The notes under the pieces: generated by a model
The model's database searches: none
The model's input: only the letters and a program-made list of their open reading frames with translations
What the model was told of the DNA's origin: nothing
From: Trichomonas gallinae
Lineage: Eukaryota
Length of the DNA stretch: 53,764 nucleotides
Assembly (NCBI GenBank): GCA_008369845.1
Contig: MRSU01004923.1
Coordinates: 1-53,764, forward strand
Direction of reading: 5' to 3'
Part shown: piece by piece, positions 35,101 to 45,260 of the stretch
Numbering within the stretch: the first letter of the stretch is position 1
Layout: each line of letters starts with the position of its first letter
Made by a program: the position numbers and the translations under genes

Positions 35101-35726
35101 TCAACGACTGCAACAAAGTTTTCATGCTCGGAGACAGCGAAGTCAAGTCTCTCGGTGGCATGAAGGAAACATCCATTCCTGTCGCGTGCTACAGCGAGAT
35201 CCACGGCGACTACAATGGAAAACTGAAATTGATTATCAGAGATTTGTGGCAATACAAGGAAATAGACATTCCACTTCACGTCAAAGCACTCGGCAGCTTC
35301 TTCGGATTCCAAAAGCACACATTCGGATACACGCAGAACCCAGCAGGTGATTTTGTCTCGTTTGGAACTAAGATAGATCAAGCGGATGCTGTTATAACTC
35401 GCTGCTTGTCACTCGTTAACTTCTCAAGTGCGCCAATTCAGGTGCAGTGGTCCTTGGCAAACTTCGTTCATGGAAGAAATTACGTCGATGTTTTGTGCGA
35501 CATAAATGACAAAGGTGAACTCGATTTGCAGATCAATGAGGCAGAGGGAGCCAACTTGCAGTCGCCTTTCTCTTTAGAAACACATGAAACAGAAATAGAA
35601 AGCCATGGAAAGCGTGTCGTCGAAATTAAACTTGACACTTCACAGAAAGGCGAATTTAGAGGATGTGTTGCTGCAAGAAGTGGAGAATTCATTCATACTC
35701 TCGGTCTTTACGCGAATATCGTCTAA
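32157..35726 (+). CDS. DLEC1/CFAP81-like ciliary protein with multiple ASH/Ig-like domains
   Basis: GLGIKFTVNFKP..PQDYDQ...RDPPRL..PDIVDLGATLV resembles the DLEC1 N-terminal domain; repeated V.F.P and IEFG..L beta-sandwich motifs. Confidence 0.75.
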   Translation: MTDLWDFSDLIQSWNINGTQVSEPKEDEQRLVEQMQKEVQDINTLIEKIQTNDMESISELGLLTIPKIPEVSLSVGVLSGSDEKIVENPEKINVGMNDKPVTMTTTKNISQKSPRIIKPKTPQKTLSRTFEKSGKIAAEKSPSTENLKPVFKATPANMEVVNFHLFQLYSQEFYLQNVDFKTHGFQVKFPDDPAFSVRFEDSSVSSRTISGLGIKFTVNFKPTNPQDYDQEIVFIPDNGAQPTIVKLHCYRDPPRLKHPDIVDLGATLVHSLKPGKFTIKNDGGIAFFSFSSPTGRDDNMMFTNGSFTLIPSQFQLQHGESKEIEVKFRPVEPGKHTASFEIVAEHFPQKFSFLAVGEAAVPDLRFSISDDTRLFLPFLPEDVNTTRVVEIVNKADVQYPFYVQILSPREGTRSDLAILYPGTNTQIVKNMPPPFIVSPLAGMVGAHDKITLKVTFSPKMFAFYKANIVISANRIPDETGKQTNRKMLTIAAEGTTGPPRVLIQPPLVLFNSVVPHVETTESIDVVNESNLDIKLQWHKSNTISPSPLVFNVQPNNRAAVDLICNLTKRIGLAGENHSPIKSVAMTCSTPGEQRPSSRHYSISMSAFQDENEAKVTEVNEKGEDKVGELNENGEEDKNEKDEMPNIFALKHWSSEISKSELSTSVTNLQLTLDMQDESMRAKDDVKPVPPENSTPMNFTFATHVLQPNLVLDPPVIEFGSVLTGTVAKHTLTLINNYGCPIVYVIEYPHDPAWNISKPKFVVQANSKEEVPMELKFDTQTALSDIITLHTWWCNKSGTPIDGLPHSTFAIPVFAIFDSPIISVDKRIVDIGEVYPTVVYDTEIKISLMNSFPTQFNVECPSGTTQLKLQGPEDESIEEAEIDSAYYVQASPSVGKLDLGGEQVIKLRVCFAELGDRAMPIKIKILGKTYTVAVIAKVVAPKVSLLTRNVDFSSDFVICKESKSLIHIANECEVESTVRMQMINDCNKVFMLGDSEVKSLGGMKETSIPVACYSEIHGDYNGKLKLIIRDLWQYKEIDIPLHVKALGSFFGFQKHTFGYTQNPAGDFVSFGTKIDQADAVITRCLSLVNFSSAPIQVQWSLANFVHGRNYVDVLCDINDKGELDLQINEAEGANLQSPFSLETHETEIESHGKRVVEIKLDTSQKGEFRGCVAARSGEFIHTLGLYANIV

Positions 35727-36067
35727 AATATATTTTATTTACTCAATTTCTTTTACAGAATAATACAAACAATGAATCATTATATACTGATCACCATTCA
35801 AACTTTTCTTCTACGTAGATCCCAATGAATTTTTTTTATAATTATTTTTTGTGTTTATTTATTATCTGCGGATAATAAGATTCTTTTTCCATTATTCTTA
35901 TACACGATTATGTATACTCCAAGAAAATGCAATCTCTATATTCATATCTTCACCTTATAAATAGTTTTGGTGTTATTATTTTTATATGAGAAAAAAATTA
36001 AAAACCAGGAGATTCTAAAATAAATAAAAGTATTTTCTATGTTTATTCAAATATGATAATATAAAAG

Positions 36068-38353
36068 TTACTCATCGATCTTCAGCAAGCTAATGAAGTT
36101 CTGTAAAGCTGAATATGATTCGTTATCGTCGAACCTCTTTGCTTCGTTTGAGAGCCTTATTGATACATCAGCGATCATCCTTACACATGCAGACCATGCT
36201 TTTGCGCCGACGACAGAAATGTCGCCGTCAGATCCAAAGACGCTGCGAACAGTGTAGCCGAAGTCAGTACCCATGTATTCCTGCGAGAAATCTATCTTGT
36301 TGAATATATTCTCAGGGCTGACGAACCTCAGAGCTCCGTTGACTTGTTCAGGTTTTGTCGGAATAACATGTGGAGCTGATGCAGCAAGTCTTAGCGCGCC
36401 TTTCGAGTCTCCGCGCTGAAGATGCGAGAAAACACGAGCAACGTGGCAGAGGCAGCGAATTGAGTTGACGATCATCGTTTCTAGCTGTGTGTCATCGTAA
36501 ACAGTCTTGTTCAACTCCTCGCAGTCGATTATGAGCTTATCGAGCATGGAAAGGCCGATGTTGTTCAACTGAGCGAGTGCAGAGAAAGCGAATGCAAACG
36601 CGCATCTCTGTGCACGACTTGCGCGCAAATCATCACCACGATCGTGGAGCTTCTTGCAGAGGTTTGTTGTGATTGAAACTGCCTCGCATAACTCAACATT
36701 AGAAAGCATGTCGCCGTCAACGAGTCCTTCGACAATCTGAAAAGATCCTTCGACATCATCGACAATTGATGCGAGTTTGAGAGAGCGCACTGAGATAACT
36801 GACTGTGCAATGTCTTGCTGAAGGAGCTGTGCGGCAACTGGGCGGCCTTCGAGAGTAAGAGAAGCAATGGATGGTTCGAGGTGAAGCAAATAGTCGGCCA
36901 ATAACTTGTGGTCGGCTGCAAACGATAAATAATCAACTGCTCGGCCGCAAAGCTGGTTCGGTAGGAATGTGACGAACTGTCCAATCATGTTCTGAATAGC
37001 TGGTGAGTCCCAGAGATTTGCAGCTTTTAATGCGATGCATGCATGAACAATTTCGCATGGATATATGGTGCACTTCGATAGTTCATCACCACATGCACTG
37101 AAATTGAGCGAAAGGAGCAACAAAAATGGTAAAACAAAGCCGGAATCTGGAAATACAATTTTTGCTTCGTTGTAAATTGTTTCTTGGATTGATCTGCGGA
37201 GTGAAGCGTCAATTCCACTCTTAGGAGAAGTGAATCTAAGAGGCTGGATTAACGAGAAAACAAAATCTTCGGCTGATAAAATAACTGAGGTTTGAGACGG
37301 AATTTCCTGGCCTACAGCAAACGCAAGGCAGTGTTGACGGAAAGGATCATCACGGAGACCTGCTGTGTCGATTGCAAATTTAGATCTATCATCTGGAGTT
37401 GGAATTTCTGATTTTTCAATTACAAATGTCTTCAAAGCAGCCATGAAATCGCGTAAATCTGATTTAACTTTGTTTCTTGCGAATTTTTCGACAATTTCTT
37501 CAACCAAATCATATAATCCTGCTCTTAATGCAACCCAGATGTGTGTCCATGGCGCCATACCATCTGGATATTTATCTTGAACGAACAAATCGATTGCATC
37601 GTAAGTTGTTACGTTTTTGAGATTTTCTTCGCGATATTGTTTCTGCATGAATGAAATACTTCCGTTTGCCATGGCTTTGATGCCATCAGGCAGAGTTGCT
37701 TGATATCCGATGTCATCAACGTTAGTAAAGAAATTTTTATCCAAAATTGCATCAAGAGCATTGAAAAATCCAATCTGTGACTTGGTATTTGGCTCCTCTA
37801 GTAATGATATCTCTTTTAATGAAACTAAGGAGTCTGAAATAATCTGGCACGGGTTTTTGAAATTCGACATATGTGTTGCGTAGACTTTTGCGCGCGTTTG
37901 ATACATTTGGACAGTATTCGGGTCAGAAGGGAAGTATTTAATGGATGTATCAACGACAATTCTTGATTTTCTTGTATTTGTGATCTCTTCTAACGCTTCA
38001 TCGAGAAAATCGTGCCACATATTTGTCATTTTTTGCAGCCTGATATACTCAACTTGCTGTGATGCCAGTCGTGGGTAGTGGATATGCTCAAATTTGTTTT
38101 GAATTATTCCTGAACTGTTTTCTTTTGTGATTTTATTCTCGTCTGCAATGATAGCTTCGATAAGATGTTCTATTTTTGCTGAATCTATGCCACTTTGTGC
38201 TAAGAAAAGTCGTCCTTCAATCGAATAATCTTGATCTGTTGCAACTTTATCGAAAAAAGCACCAATTTGGTTAAGACCTATCGTATTAGATGTCCCATTT
38301 TTACGGCCTCCCTCCAAGCATTCAGCTTGTCTGAAGAGTTCCTCAAGAGACAT
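36068..38353 (-). CDS. NUP93: Nucleoporin Nup93/Nic96-like
   Basis: LEELFRQAECL, LFLAQSGID, PWTHIWVALRAG (cf. PxWALxYYxxRxG), DPFRQ, SAEDFVF; ATG at 38353. Confidence 0.75.
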   Translation of the reverse strand: MSLEELFRQAECLEGGRKNGTSNTIGLNQIGAFFDKVATDQDYSIEGRLFLAQSGIDSAKIEHLIEAIIADENKITKENSSGIIQNKFEHIHYPRLASQQVEYIRLQKMTNMWHDFLDEALEEITNTRKSRIVVDTSIKYFPSDPNTVQMYQTRAKVYATHMSNFKNPCQIISDSLVSLKEISLLEEPNTKSQIGFFNALDAILDKNFFTNVDDIGYQATLPDGIKAMANGSISFMQKQYREENLKNVTTYDAIDLFVQDKYPDGMAPWTHIWVALRAGLYDLVEEIVEKFARNKVKSDLRDFMAALKTFVIEKSEIPTPDDRSKFAIDTAGLRDDPFRQHCLAFAVGQEIPSQTSVILSAEDFVFSLIQPLRFTSPKSGIDASLRRSIQETIYNEAKIVFPDSGFVLPFLLLLSLNFSACGDELSKCTIYPCEIVHACIALKAANLWDSPAIQNMIGQFVTFLPNQLCGRAVDYLSFAADHKLLADYLLHLEPSIASLTLEGRPVAAQLLQQDIAQSVISVRSLKLASIVDDVEGSFQIVEGLVDGDMLSNVELCEAVSITTNLCKKLHDRGDDLRASRAQRCAFAFAFSALAQLNNIGLSMLDKLIIDCEELNKTVYDDTQLETMIVNSIRCLCHVARVFSHLQRGDSKGALRLAASAPHVIPTKPEQVNGALRFVSPENIFNKIDFSQEYMGTDFGYTVRSVFGSDGDISVVGAKAWSACVRMIADVSIRLSNEAKRFDDNESYSALQNFISLLKIDE

Positions 38354-38760
38354 TTTGAAAATTTGTCGTGTAACCAATGTGACTATTTACATGTCAAATA
38401 TATGAATTTCATTATTTGTCATGTAAATAATATTAAAATTTACGTGTCAAAAGCTATTAAATTTGATTGTTTGTCATGTAAATAAAGATTACATGTCATA
38501 TTTTTCATTCATTTATTATCATCAAGAAGAGATTGCTTTTGCTATGTGCGATTTACTACACAAACAGTAATATTTGTTTACCTTCTTTCGAAACTATATT
38601 ATTGGCTTTAAAAACATTTTGCATCAATTTCAAAAATGTGAATGAGTTTTTGATGAAAGTCTGAAAGATTCTAAAATTTTCCAGATAGAAGCATTATATA
38701 TTTCATATTCAACAGAAATGAAGGAAAAATATTTTTGACACGTAAATTTTGTTTTGTCAA

Positions 38761-39528
38761 ATGATTTTTTGTTTATTATTTTTGATTACTTCAAAGGATT
38801 TTATCATTGAGGAGAGCTTAAAATCGTTCCATGATGATATAGAGATATCAATACCAGATGATTATAACTTTTTACGTGAATATCCTCATTGTGATCTTGG
38901 TCCATTAACACAAGAATGTGGATGCTGTTATGCATATGGTCCAATTAAGTCCATGAGTCATAGAATATGCAAATATAAGAATCAAAAAACATTTCTCTCA
39001 GCACAATTTATTGTTGCTTGTGATTTACTCAATAGCGGCTGTGAAGGTGGATGTTCACGTACAGTTTACTATTTTATGGAACAACATGGTGTCACAGATG
39101 AAGAATGTCATCCATGGTCAAAACAATTAAATTATTCAACAGAATTTTGCTCAAAATGCAAAGATGGTTCAACAGCCAAACTTTATAAAGCAAAAATAGG
39201 AAGCACAAGACAACTTACATCAGTAGATGAAATCAAAAAAGAAATTTATTTGCATGGACCTGTTTCAGCATCAGTTGTTATCACAGATAGACTTAAATAC
39301 TATACTGGAGGTCTATTCGAGGATCCTCCAGGAGATTACCTATCAGATAGAACTCACACTGTTGAAATCATAGGCTGGGGACATGAAAAAGGGATTCCTT
39401 ATTGGATTATTCTCAACCAATATGGAAGACAGTGGGGAGAAAATGGAATGATGAGAATTAGAATGGGAAGAGATGATGCTCGTGTTGAAAGCTATGTTTT
39501 AGCAGCAGATCCTTTAATTACATGGTAA
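38761..39528 (+). CDS. Cathepsin B-like papain-family (C1A) cysteine peptidase with signal peptide
   Basis: QECGCCYAY, LSAQFIVACD, GCEGG, GPV, HTVEIIGWG, YWIILNQYG..WGENG. Confidence 0.92.
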   Translation: MIFCLLFLITSKDFIIEESLKSFHDDIEISIPDDYNFLREYPHCDLGPLTQECGCCYAYGPIKSMSHRICKYKNQKTFLSAQFIVACDLLNSGCEGGCSRTVYYFMEQHGVTDEECHPWSKQLNYSTEFCSKCKDGSTAKLYKAKIGSTRQLTSVDEIKKEIYLHGPVSASVVITDRLKYYTGGLFEDPPGDYLSDRTHTVEIIGWGHEKGIPYWIILNQYGRQWGENGMMRIRMGRDDARVESYVLAADPLITW

Positions 39529-39827
39529 TATATTAGAAACTATGATTAATATAATCTTCATATTTTCCAAATCTTGAAATCTATAGAAACATCAATATTA
39601 TATAGTTGTTTGAGAGTTAAAAACTCTTTTCTATCCAAGAATTAGCTATAATTTGATAATTATGAATTTATATGATATTGAAACTATTTATATAGATTAT
39701 ACTAGAAAGGATCAATCTTTTGAACTATAAAATTAGTATAATCTAATAGATTGATATCAAAGCATTTTGTTTTGCGAATTTTGACAAAAAATAAAAATTA
39801 TGACATATTACATGTCAAAAATCAGAA

Positions 39828-40298
39828 ATGAGTTTGACTTTGCATACTACACTTGGAGATATTAAAGTTGAACTCTTTTGCGAAGAATGCAGAGATGCGT
39901 GTGAAAATTTTATGATGCTTTGTGCAAGTGGATATTATGATCACTGTCCATTTCACAGAGTTTTGCAAAATTATTTAATTCAAACAGGAGATCCTACATT
40001 CACAGGTGATGGAGGATCTAGTATAACAGGCGAGAAAATACCAGTCGAGCCGTTTGGCGATTTTTCAACACCTGGTTATGTTGCTTATGCAGAAACAGAA
40101 GGTGTAGGTTCACAATTCTTCATCACTGCTTGTAGTGCACCAGAGTTAGCTGGAAAATATACTGCATTTGGTCATGTTATTTATGGATTAAATAATGTTA
40201 TAGCATTTTCAAGAATGCCTACATTTGAAGATCATCAACCCATAAGACCAGCTGCAATTAAAAGTATTACAATACATGCAAATCCTTTAGCACAATAA
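39828..40298 (+). CDS. Cyclophilin-type PPIase, PPIL3-like
   Basis: MSLTLHTTLGDIKVELFC, FHR..IQTGDPT..G.GG.SI, SQFFIT, GKYTAFG, TIHANPLA. Confidence 0.92.
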   Translation: MSLTLHTTLGDIKVELFCEECRDACENFMMLCASGYYDHCPFHRVLQNYLIQTGDPTFTGDGGSSITGEKIPVEPFGDFSTPGYVAYAETEGVGSQFFITACSAPELAGKYTAFGHVIYGLNNVIAFSRMPTFEDHQPIRPAAIKSITIHANPLAQ

Positions 40299-40727
40299 AT
40301 TGTTTGTATTTTTCTTTATTTGCTGACTTTTTAACCAATAATCGCTGTCTTATTCATATATGCTCATATGCAATACAACTAGAATATTTCAAATATATAG
40401 ATTTTCTTCATCTCAAAATTATATCAAATTAAATCAATGATATCTCAGATCGAGTCAATACTGATGACTAAGAATGTGACTCAGTGTACTAGATTGGATT
40501 TGTTCAGTTCCAATTGATTCTTTTATTGGTTTCATTGTAAACGTGCAGTTAAAAAACAGGGGTGAATTAAATACAGACCCTATTTTTTGATGTTTTATAA
40601 AAAATACATCAATTACAGAACAAATATCTTAATATATAGCTTAGATAACGATATATTTGAAAGGATATTTGTTGTAATATCTAATATTCAAAACATTTAT
40701 TAACAAAACAAAAAAAAATATCGAAAA

Positions 40728-41084
40728 TCATTTTTGTAAACGACGATATAATGACTCAATTTGTTGCTCTAATGAGTGATTCTCACTTCTCATCGAATCA
40801 ATTGCATTCTGTACGTAAATTTTAGTTTGTAATTTTTCATTTTTCATTATTTCGAGCATTTTTGCGATTTTAGTCATCCTCTTGTTGAGGTACTCTTTCT
40901 TTATTCTTGGATCAACCGGATCAAAGCTTGCAATATTAGTTGAGGAAAACGTTAATTCTTTAGGCGAGGGTTTTAAAAAGACTAACTTCTTCCTTGTGTC
41001 TGATATTACAGATATTTGTGTCTCAATATAGTGTTGGAGTGATTCAATAGCTGCTCTCAGTACATAAGAATTTGATTCACTCAT
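40728..41084 (-). CDS. Small hypothetical coiled-coil protein
   Basis: ATG ORF of 118 aa with heptad pattern; Inr-like TCATA about 13 nt upstream. Confidence 0.6.
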   Translation of the reverse strand: MSESNSYVLRAAIESLQHYIETQISVISDTRKKLVFLKPSPKELTFSSTNIASFDPVDPRIKKEYLNKRMTKIAKMLEIMKNEKLQTKIYVQNAIDSMRSENHSLEQQIESLYRRLQK

Positions 41085-41398
41085 AATATTTATGACATAT
41101 TATTATTTACATAACAGATTTATAACCATATTTGACAAATAAAGAAATTACATTGCAAATTTTTAATAATAATTTACGTGTCAAATATATTCAAATTGAT
41201 AATTTACATGATAATTTTTCATAATTTACATGTCGTATCAATTCAATTTGATATTTTACATGTCAAAAATAAGACATTATTTCAATTTGATATTTTCCAA
41301 TAACTGGGAGGAGTTGTAACTGAAACTAAGATAGAAAGAAGTCGTATGTAAAAATGGTGGATTGAGAATAGAATACACACATATTTTATACAAATTAG

Positions 41399-42832
41399 TC
41401 ACTTAAGTTGAGCTGCTATTGATTTAAGCAGATCAATACCTTCAGTGAAGGTAGGATAAAGCTTCACAGATTGTTCAGCTGCCAGATAAGCTTCCTGGAG
41501 CTGTCCAAGCCTTTGGTATAGAAGAGCACAGTTAAACCAAGGCTCATGCATTTCGGGATTGGCTTCTGTAGCAGATCTGAATGCTGCGAGTGCTTTTTGT
41601 ACATTTTTCTTCTTCAGTTCGATCAATCCAAGATTATTATAAGCTTCCCCGTTAGAACTGTTCAAACTTGTGGAAATGAGCAAAGCCTGTTGTGTTAAAG
41701 CCATATCTCCAGCAGTAATCGCAATATGAGAGATGTTGTACCAAACATCAGATCTTTCTTCATCATTCGTAGCAATTGAGAGAGCAGCGACTATAGCAGG
41801 ACCAACACTTCCTAGAGCACCTGATGAAAGCATTGAAATTGCAATATTGTTAAGAACAGCTGTATTTACAATTCCTAATTTCCTTAAATATGAGAAAAAC
41901 TTGGATGATGTTTCAGGTTGGTCTTCATAGAATGTTGCTGCACCAAGAGAAGCTGCAGCTTCAACGCAGGATTGATCAATTTGTAAAGCTTGGCGCCATA
42001 AGTCTCTAGCAGCGCTATATTCACCGAGAAGATCGCGAATGCGGCCCTGCGCAAGAATAAACCTAATCTCCTGTGGAAACTGATCAAATCCGACGGCCAA
42101 TTCAGATAATGCCTTAATTGGCTGATCAAGCTTAGCATATATTTTTGCAAGCTCCAAACGAGAATCTATGCTGATAGAATTCGTGAGTGATGAGCGAAAT
42201 TGGGCTTCAGCTTCAGGATTTAATCCAAGTAAATAATAAGAAACACCAAGTCTGTTTTTCCACCACCAGTCATCAAAACCGCATAATTTTGTGCAGTTTG
42301 CAGCTAGTTGAATTGCGCGAATTGGATCCCTTAACCTTTGTAGTAAATAATCGACTAAAATACGAGATAAGAATGGATTTTTTGCAAATTTTTCTGTATT
42401 TATGGAAGTAATATCTGGCTCATCACCAGAAAATGCAAGAGATGCTGTAGCAAGACGGCTGAATCTTGAAGTTGCTGATGTTGTTGGATTTCCTGTTAAT
42501 TTTCTTGAAGATTCTGGTCGTGTATGGGCATATCCACTAACTGGACGACCGCTTTGAGTGATAGGCCTGGATCCACGAGACAGAAGAGCGCCAGTTCTAA
42601 GTGATGTACCAGGGCGTGCAACATTTGCGATAACATTTTCATCAAACACCATATCCGTTGCGGTGATGTCATCTGGTTCGGTAAAATCTGTCCAGCTTTC
42701 TTCTGTTCTCGCTTTACAAATTATGTACCATTTTTCTTTCTGCTGATTCGTCGGTATTGATTTGCAGGCCTCTGAGCACTTCGTGTAATTGCGAAGTCTC
42801 AAGTAATTTAATGATTTGTACAATGGATCCAT
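41399..42832 (-). CDS. BBS8: BBSome subunit BBS8/TTC8 (TPR protein)
   Basis: MDPL, ARPGTSL, RPITQSGRPVSGY, RLATAS, DWWWK.RLG..YY.LG, FYEDQPE, DVWYN, EAYNNLG. Confidence 0.95.
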   Translation of the reverse strand: MDPLYKSLNYLRLRNYTKCSEACKSIPTNQQKEKWYIICKARTEESWTDFTEPDDITATDMVFDENVIANVARPGTSLRTGALLSRGSRPITQSGRPVSGYAHTRPESSRKLTGNPTTSATSRFSRLATASLAFSGDEPDITSINTEKFAKNPFLSRILVDYLLQRLRDPIRAIQLAANCTKLCGFDDWWWKNRLGVSYYLLGLNPEAEAQFRSSLTNSISIDSRLELAKIYAKLDQPIKALSELAVGFDQFPQEIRFILAQGRIRDLLGEYSAARDLWRQALQIDQSCVEAAASLGAATFYEDQPETSSKFFSYLRKLGIVNTAVLNNIAISMLSSGALGSVGPAIVAALSIATNDEERSDVWYNISHIAITAGDMALTQQALLISTSLNSSNGEAYNNLGLIELKKKNVQKALAAFRSATEANPEMHEPWFNCALLYQRLGQLQEAYLAAEQSVKLYPTFTEGIDLLKSIAAQLK

Positions 42833-43098
42833 TTCGTTATATAAAAGTTTAAAATTTTTGTCATGTAAGAAATTTACATGTCATTTTTAAATCCAATTTT
42901 TTCACATAAAAATTTTTGAATTGCAAATAAACATATATTATTACTGCTATCTAATAATATTATCTAATATATTATTTAAAATTCATCTATCTCAAAAATT
43001 GAACGAGATATATCGCATTTTGTAAAATACGAACTAAAAAATCAAATATTTCGATGAAAATCTTACGATAAAATTATTACAAAATTCTTATAAATCAC

Positions 43099-43232
43099 TG
43101 GTGCAGAAACTTGCTATTTCATTTAGATATCATCAGTTTCAACTATGGAACAAGACCTCAACTCCATAGTCCGAGGTTAGCACCATATCTAAGGGAAAAA
43201 ATAAGATCCTCTCCCGAAGAGCATCAGATCTT
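43099..43232 (-). ncRNA. Candidate structured RNA (UUCG hairpin plus multi-pseudoknot domain), family unknown
   Basis: Six non-overlapping complementary pairs tile most of the element; four positions are G-U pairs only on the minus strand; cUUCGg-type loop. Confidence 0.55.
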
Positions 43233-43557
43233 TCATTAATATTTATATACATCGTTGATGAAATAATCCTTTAATATCAGATTGATTGATATAGAATTTA
43301 ATTGAATTTCGAATATTATAGAATTAGACAGTTTTCTCATATATATTTTTAAAAGCAAAGATATACTTTATAAGATGATAATATCAAAAATCCAAAATAA
43401 GAATGTTTCACCCAATAAATAATCAAAAATATTGTGAAATTATCAAATATAGAATTTAAATTATACATTAATATAAAAGAACAAATAAAATCAAAGAAAG
43501 AAAAAGAAAAAAAAATTAATAAACGAACATGAGTAAATTCACCTGACCACATTTACA

Positions 43558-45171
43558 ATGGCTGCTAAGAAGTTGTCATTTAATGGTTTCTTCAAGGATG
43601 GCACCCGTTATTTCTCTGGTGTTGACGAAGTTCTTCTTCAGAACATCGATGCTGTCGTTGATTTAAGTGAACTTACACGCACTTCAATTGGCCCCAATGG
43701 AATGAAGAAAATCATCAAAAACCACTTCGGCAAATTGTATGTTACAGGTGATGCAGCAACAATTTTGAACGAGGCTGAAATTCAACACCCAGCCGCTAAA
43801 ATGCTTGTTACAGCATCACAAATGCAGGCCGAACAGGTCGGTGACGGCACAAATTTCGTTTTAGTTTTCGGTGGTGAGCTCCTCCGCCGTGCTACTGAGT
43901 TAGTTCGCGCTGGTATCAACACAAAAGATATCGTTGCTGGCTACCAGAAGGCTCTCGCTGAAGCTCTCCGCATTCTTCCAACACTTCAGATCGCAAATAA
44001 ATTCAACGTCGAAGATAAGGCCAGCGTTGCCGCTTGCTTAAAGACACCACTTTCATCTCACCAATACTTAGACGCAGACTTCTTGGCTGACATCGCCGCT
44101 GATGCTTGCTTGATGGCTTATCCAAACCACCAGCTTAAATTCAATGTTGATAATGTTAGATACGCTAAATGCCTCGGTGGCTCAATCCAGGATTCATTCG
44201 TCGTCAAGGGATTCGCTATCCCACGTGAAGTCGTCGGCACAATCCGCCGCAAGGAAGATGTCAAGATCGCAATCTTCGCAACTTCCTTCGACTTCGCTGA
44301 GACAGACACAAAGATGTCCACAGTCTTCACATCCGGCAAGCAGATGGAGAACTTCGCTCTCTCCGAAGAAAACAGGATGGAGCAGATGGTTCTCTCAATC
44401 AAGGAAAAGGGAGTCAACGTCGTTGTCTGCCAGTCCAAGTTCACAGAGCTCGGCGTCCACTACCTCGAGAAGCATGGCATCATGGCTGTCCAGCTTCCAT
44501 CAAATTGGGATATCAAGCGTCTTGCACGCGCCGTCAAGGCTGTCCCACTCCTCCGCATTGGAGCCCCAACAGATGAAGAAATCGGCCACTGCAAGTCAGT
44601 CGAAGCTCGCGAAATTGGATCTACACCAATCGTCATCTTCGAAGCCGACGGTGGCCTTTCAACAGTCATCATCCGTGGCGCAACACCAAATGTTATTGAT
44701 GATATCGAGCGCTCACTCGATGATGCCGTCAACTCATTCCGCATTTTGACAGAACACCCAACACTCGTTGCCGGTGCTGGTGCCTCTGAGATGGAACTTT
44801 CCGTCCAGATCGCCAAGTTCGCCGAATCTCGTCCAGGTATGGACCAGTACGGCATCCGCAAGTTCGCTGAGTCCCTCGAAGTCGTTCCAAGGACAATTGC
44901 TGAAAACTCTGGCATCAGAATCTCAGAGTTTATGACAAAGATTCGTGCCGCCCACAACAAGGGTGATGCTACAGCTGGTGTCGATGTAGTTAACATGGAG
45001 GTCGGCGACGCTATCAAACTAGGCGCTTGGGATATTGCCCATGTCAAGGAGTGGGGCATGAAGTTCGCCTGCGAAGTCGCCTGCACACTCCTTCGTGTTG
45101 ATCAGATTTGCATGGCCAAGAAGGCAACAGGACCAGCTCCACGCTCAATGGGCGCTCGCGATGAAGACTAA
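43558..45171 (+). CDS. CCT8: Chaperonin TRiC/CCT subunit theta
   Basis: TSIGPNGMKK, VTGDAATIL, HPAAK, VGDGTN, IDDIERSLDDAVN, LRVDQICMAK..GP; strong codon bias. Confidence 0.96.
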   Translation: MAAKKLSFNGFFKDGTRYFSGVDEVLLQNIDAVVDLSELTRTSIGPNGMKKIIKNHFGKLYVTGDAATILNEAEIQHPAAKMLVTASQMQAEQVGDGTNFVLVFGGELLRRATELVRAGINTKDIVAGYQKALAEALRILPTLQIANKFNVEDKASVAACLKTPLSSHQYLDADFLADIAADACLMAYPNHQLKFNVDNVRYAKCLGGSIQDSFVVKGFAIPREVVGTIRRKEDVKIAIFATSFDFAETDTKMSTVFTSGKQMENFALSEENRMEQMVLSIKEKGVNVVVCQSKFTELGVHYLEKHGIMAVQLPSNWDIKRLARAVKAVPLLRIGAPTDEEIGHCKSVEAREIGSTPIVIFEADGGLSTVIIRGATPNVIDDIERSLDDAVNSFRILTEHPTLVAGAGASEMELSVQIAKFAESRPGMDQYGIRKFAESLEVVPRTIAENSGIRISEFMTKIRAAHNKGDATAGVDVVNMEVGDAIKLGAWDIAHVKEWGMKFACEVACTLLRVDQICMAKKATGPAPRSMGARDED

Positions 45172-45260
45172 AATGATATATGATTTTTTTATTATCATTG
45201 TTAACAATATTTGTCTTTTTTTTTTTTAAAATCAATATGAATCAGCATCATATAAAGCAA

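Noticed and set aside
43105..43140. Hammerhead ribozyme (minus-strand CUGAUGA...GAAA)
   Set aside because: No plausible stem II or stem III, and no UH cleavage site in register with stem I
43174..43180. Telomerase template (CUAACCU) in the structured element
   Set aside because: Only 7 nt, and it overlaps a predicted pseudoknot helix; the telomere repeat of this organism cannot be verified here
44118..45235. Long antisense and alternate-frame ORFs over CCT8 (likewise over the BEACH, DLEC1-like and transporter genes)
   Set aside because: Expected shadows of biased codon usage; no recognisable domains
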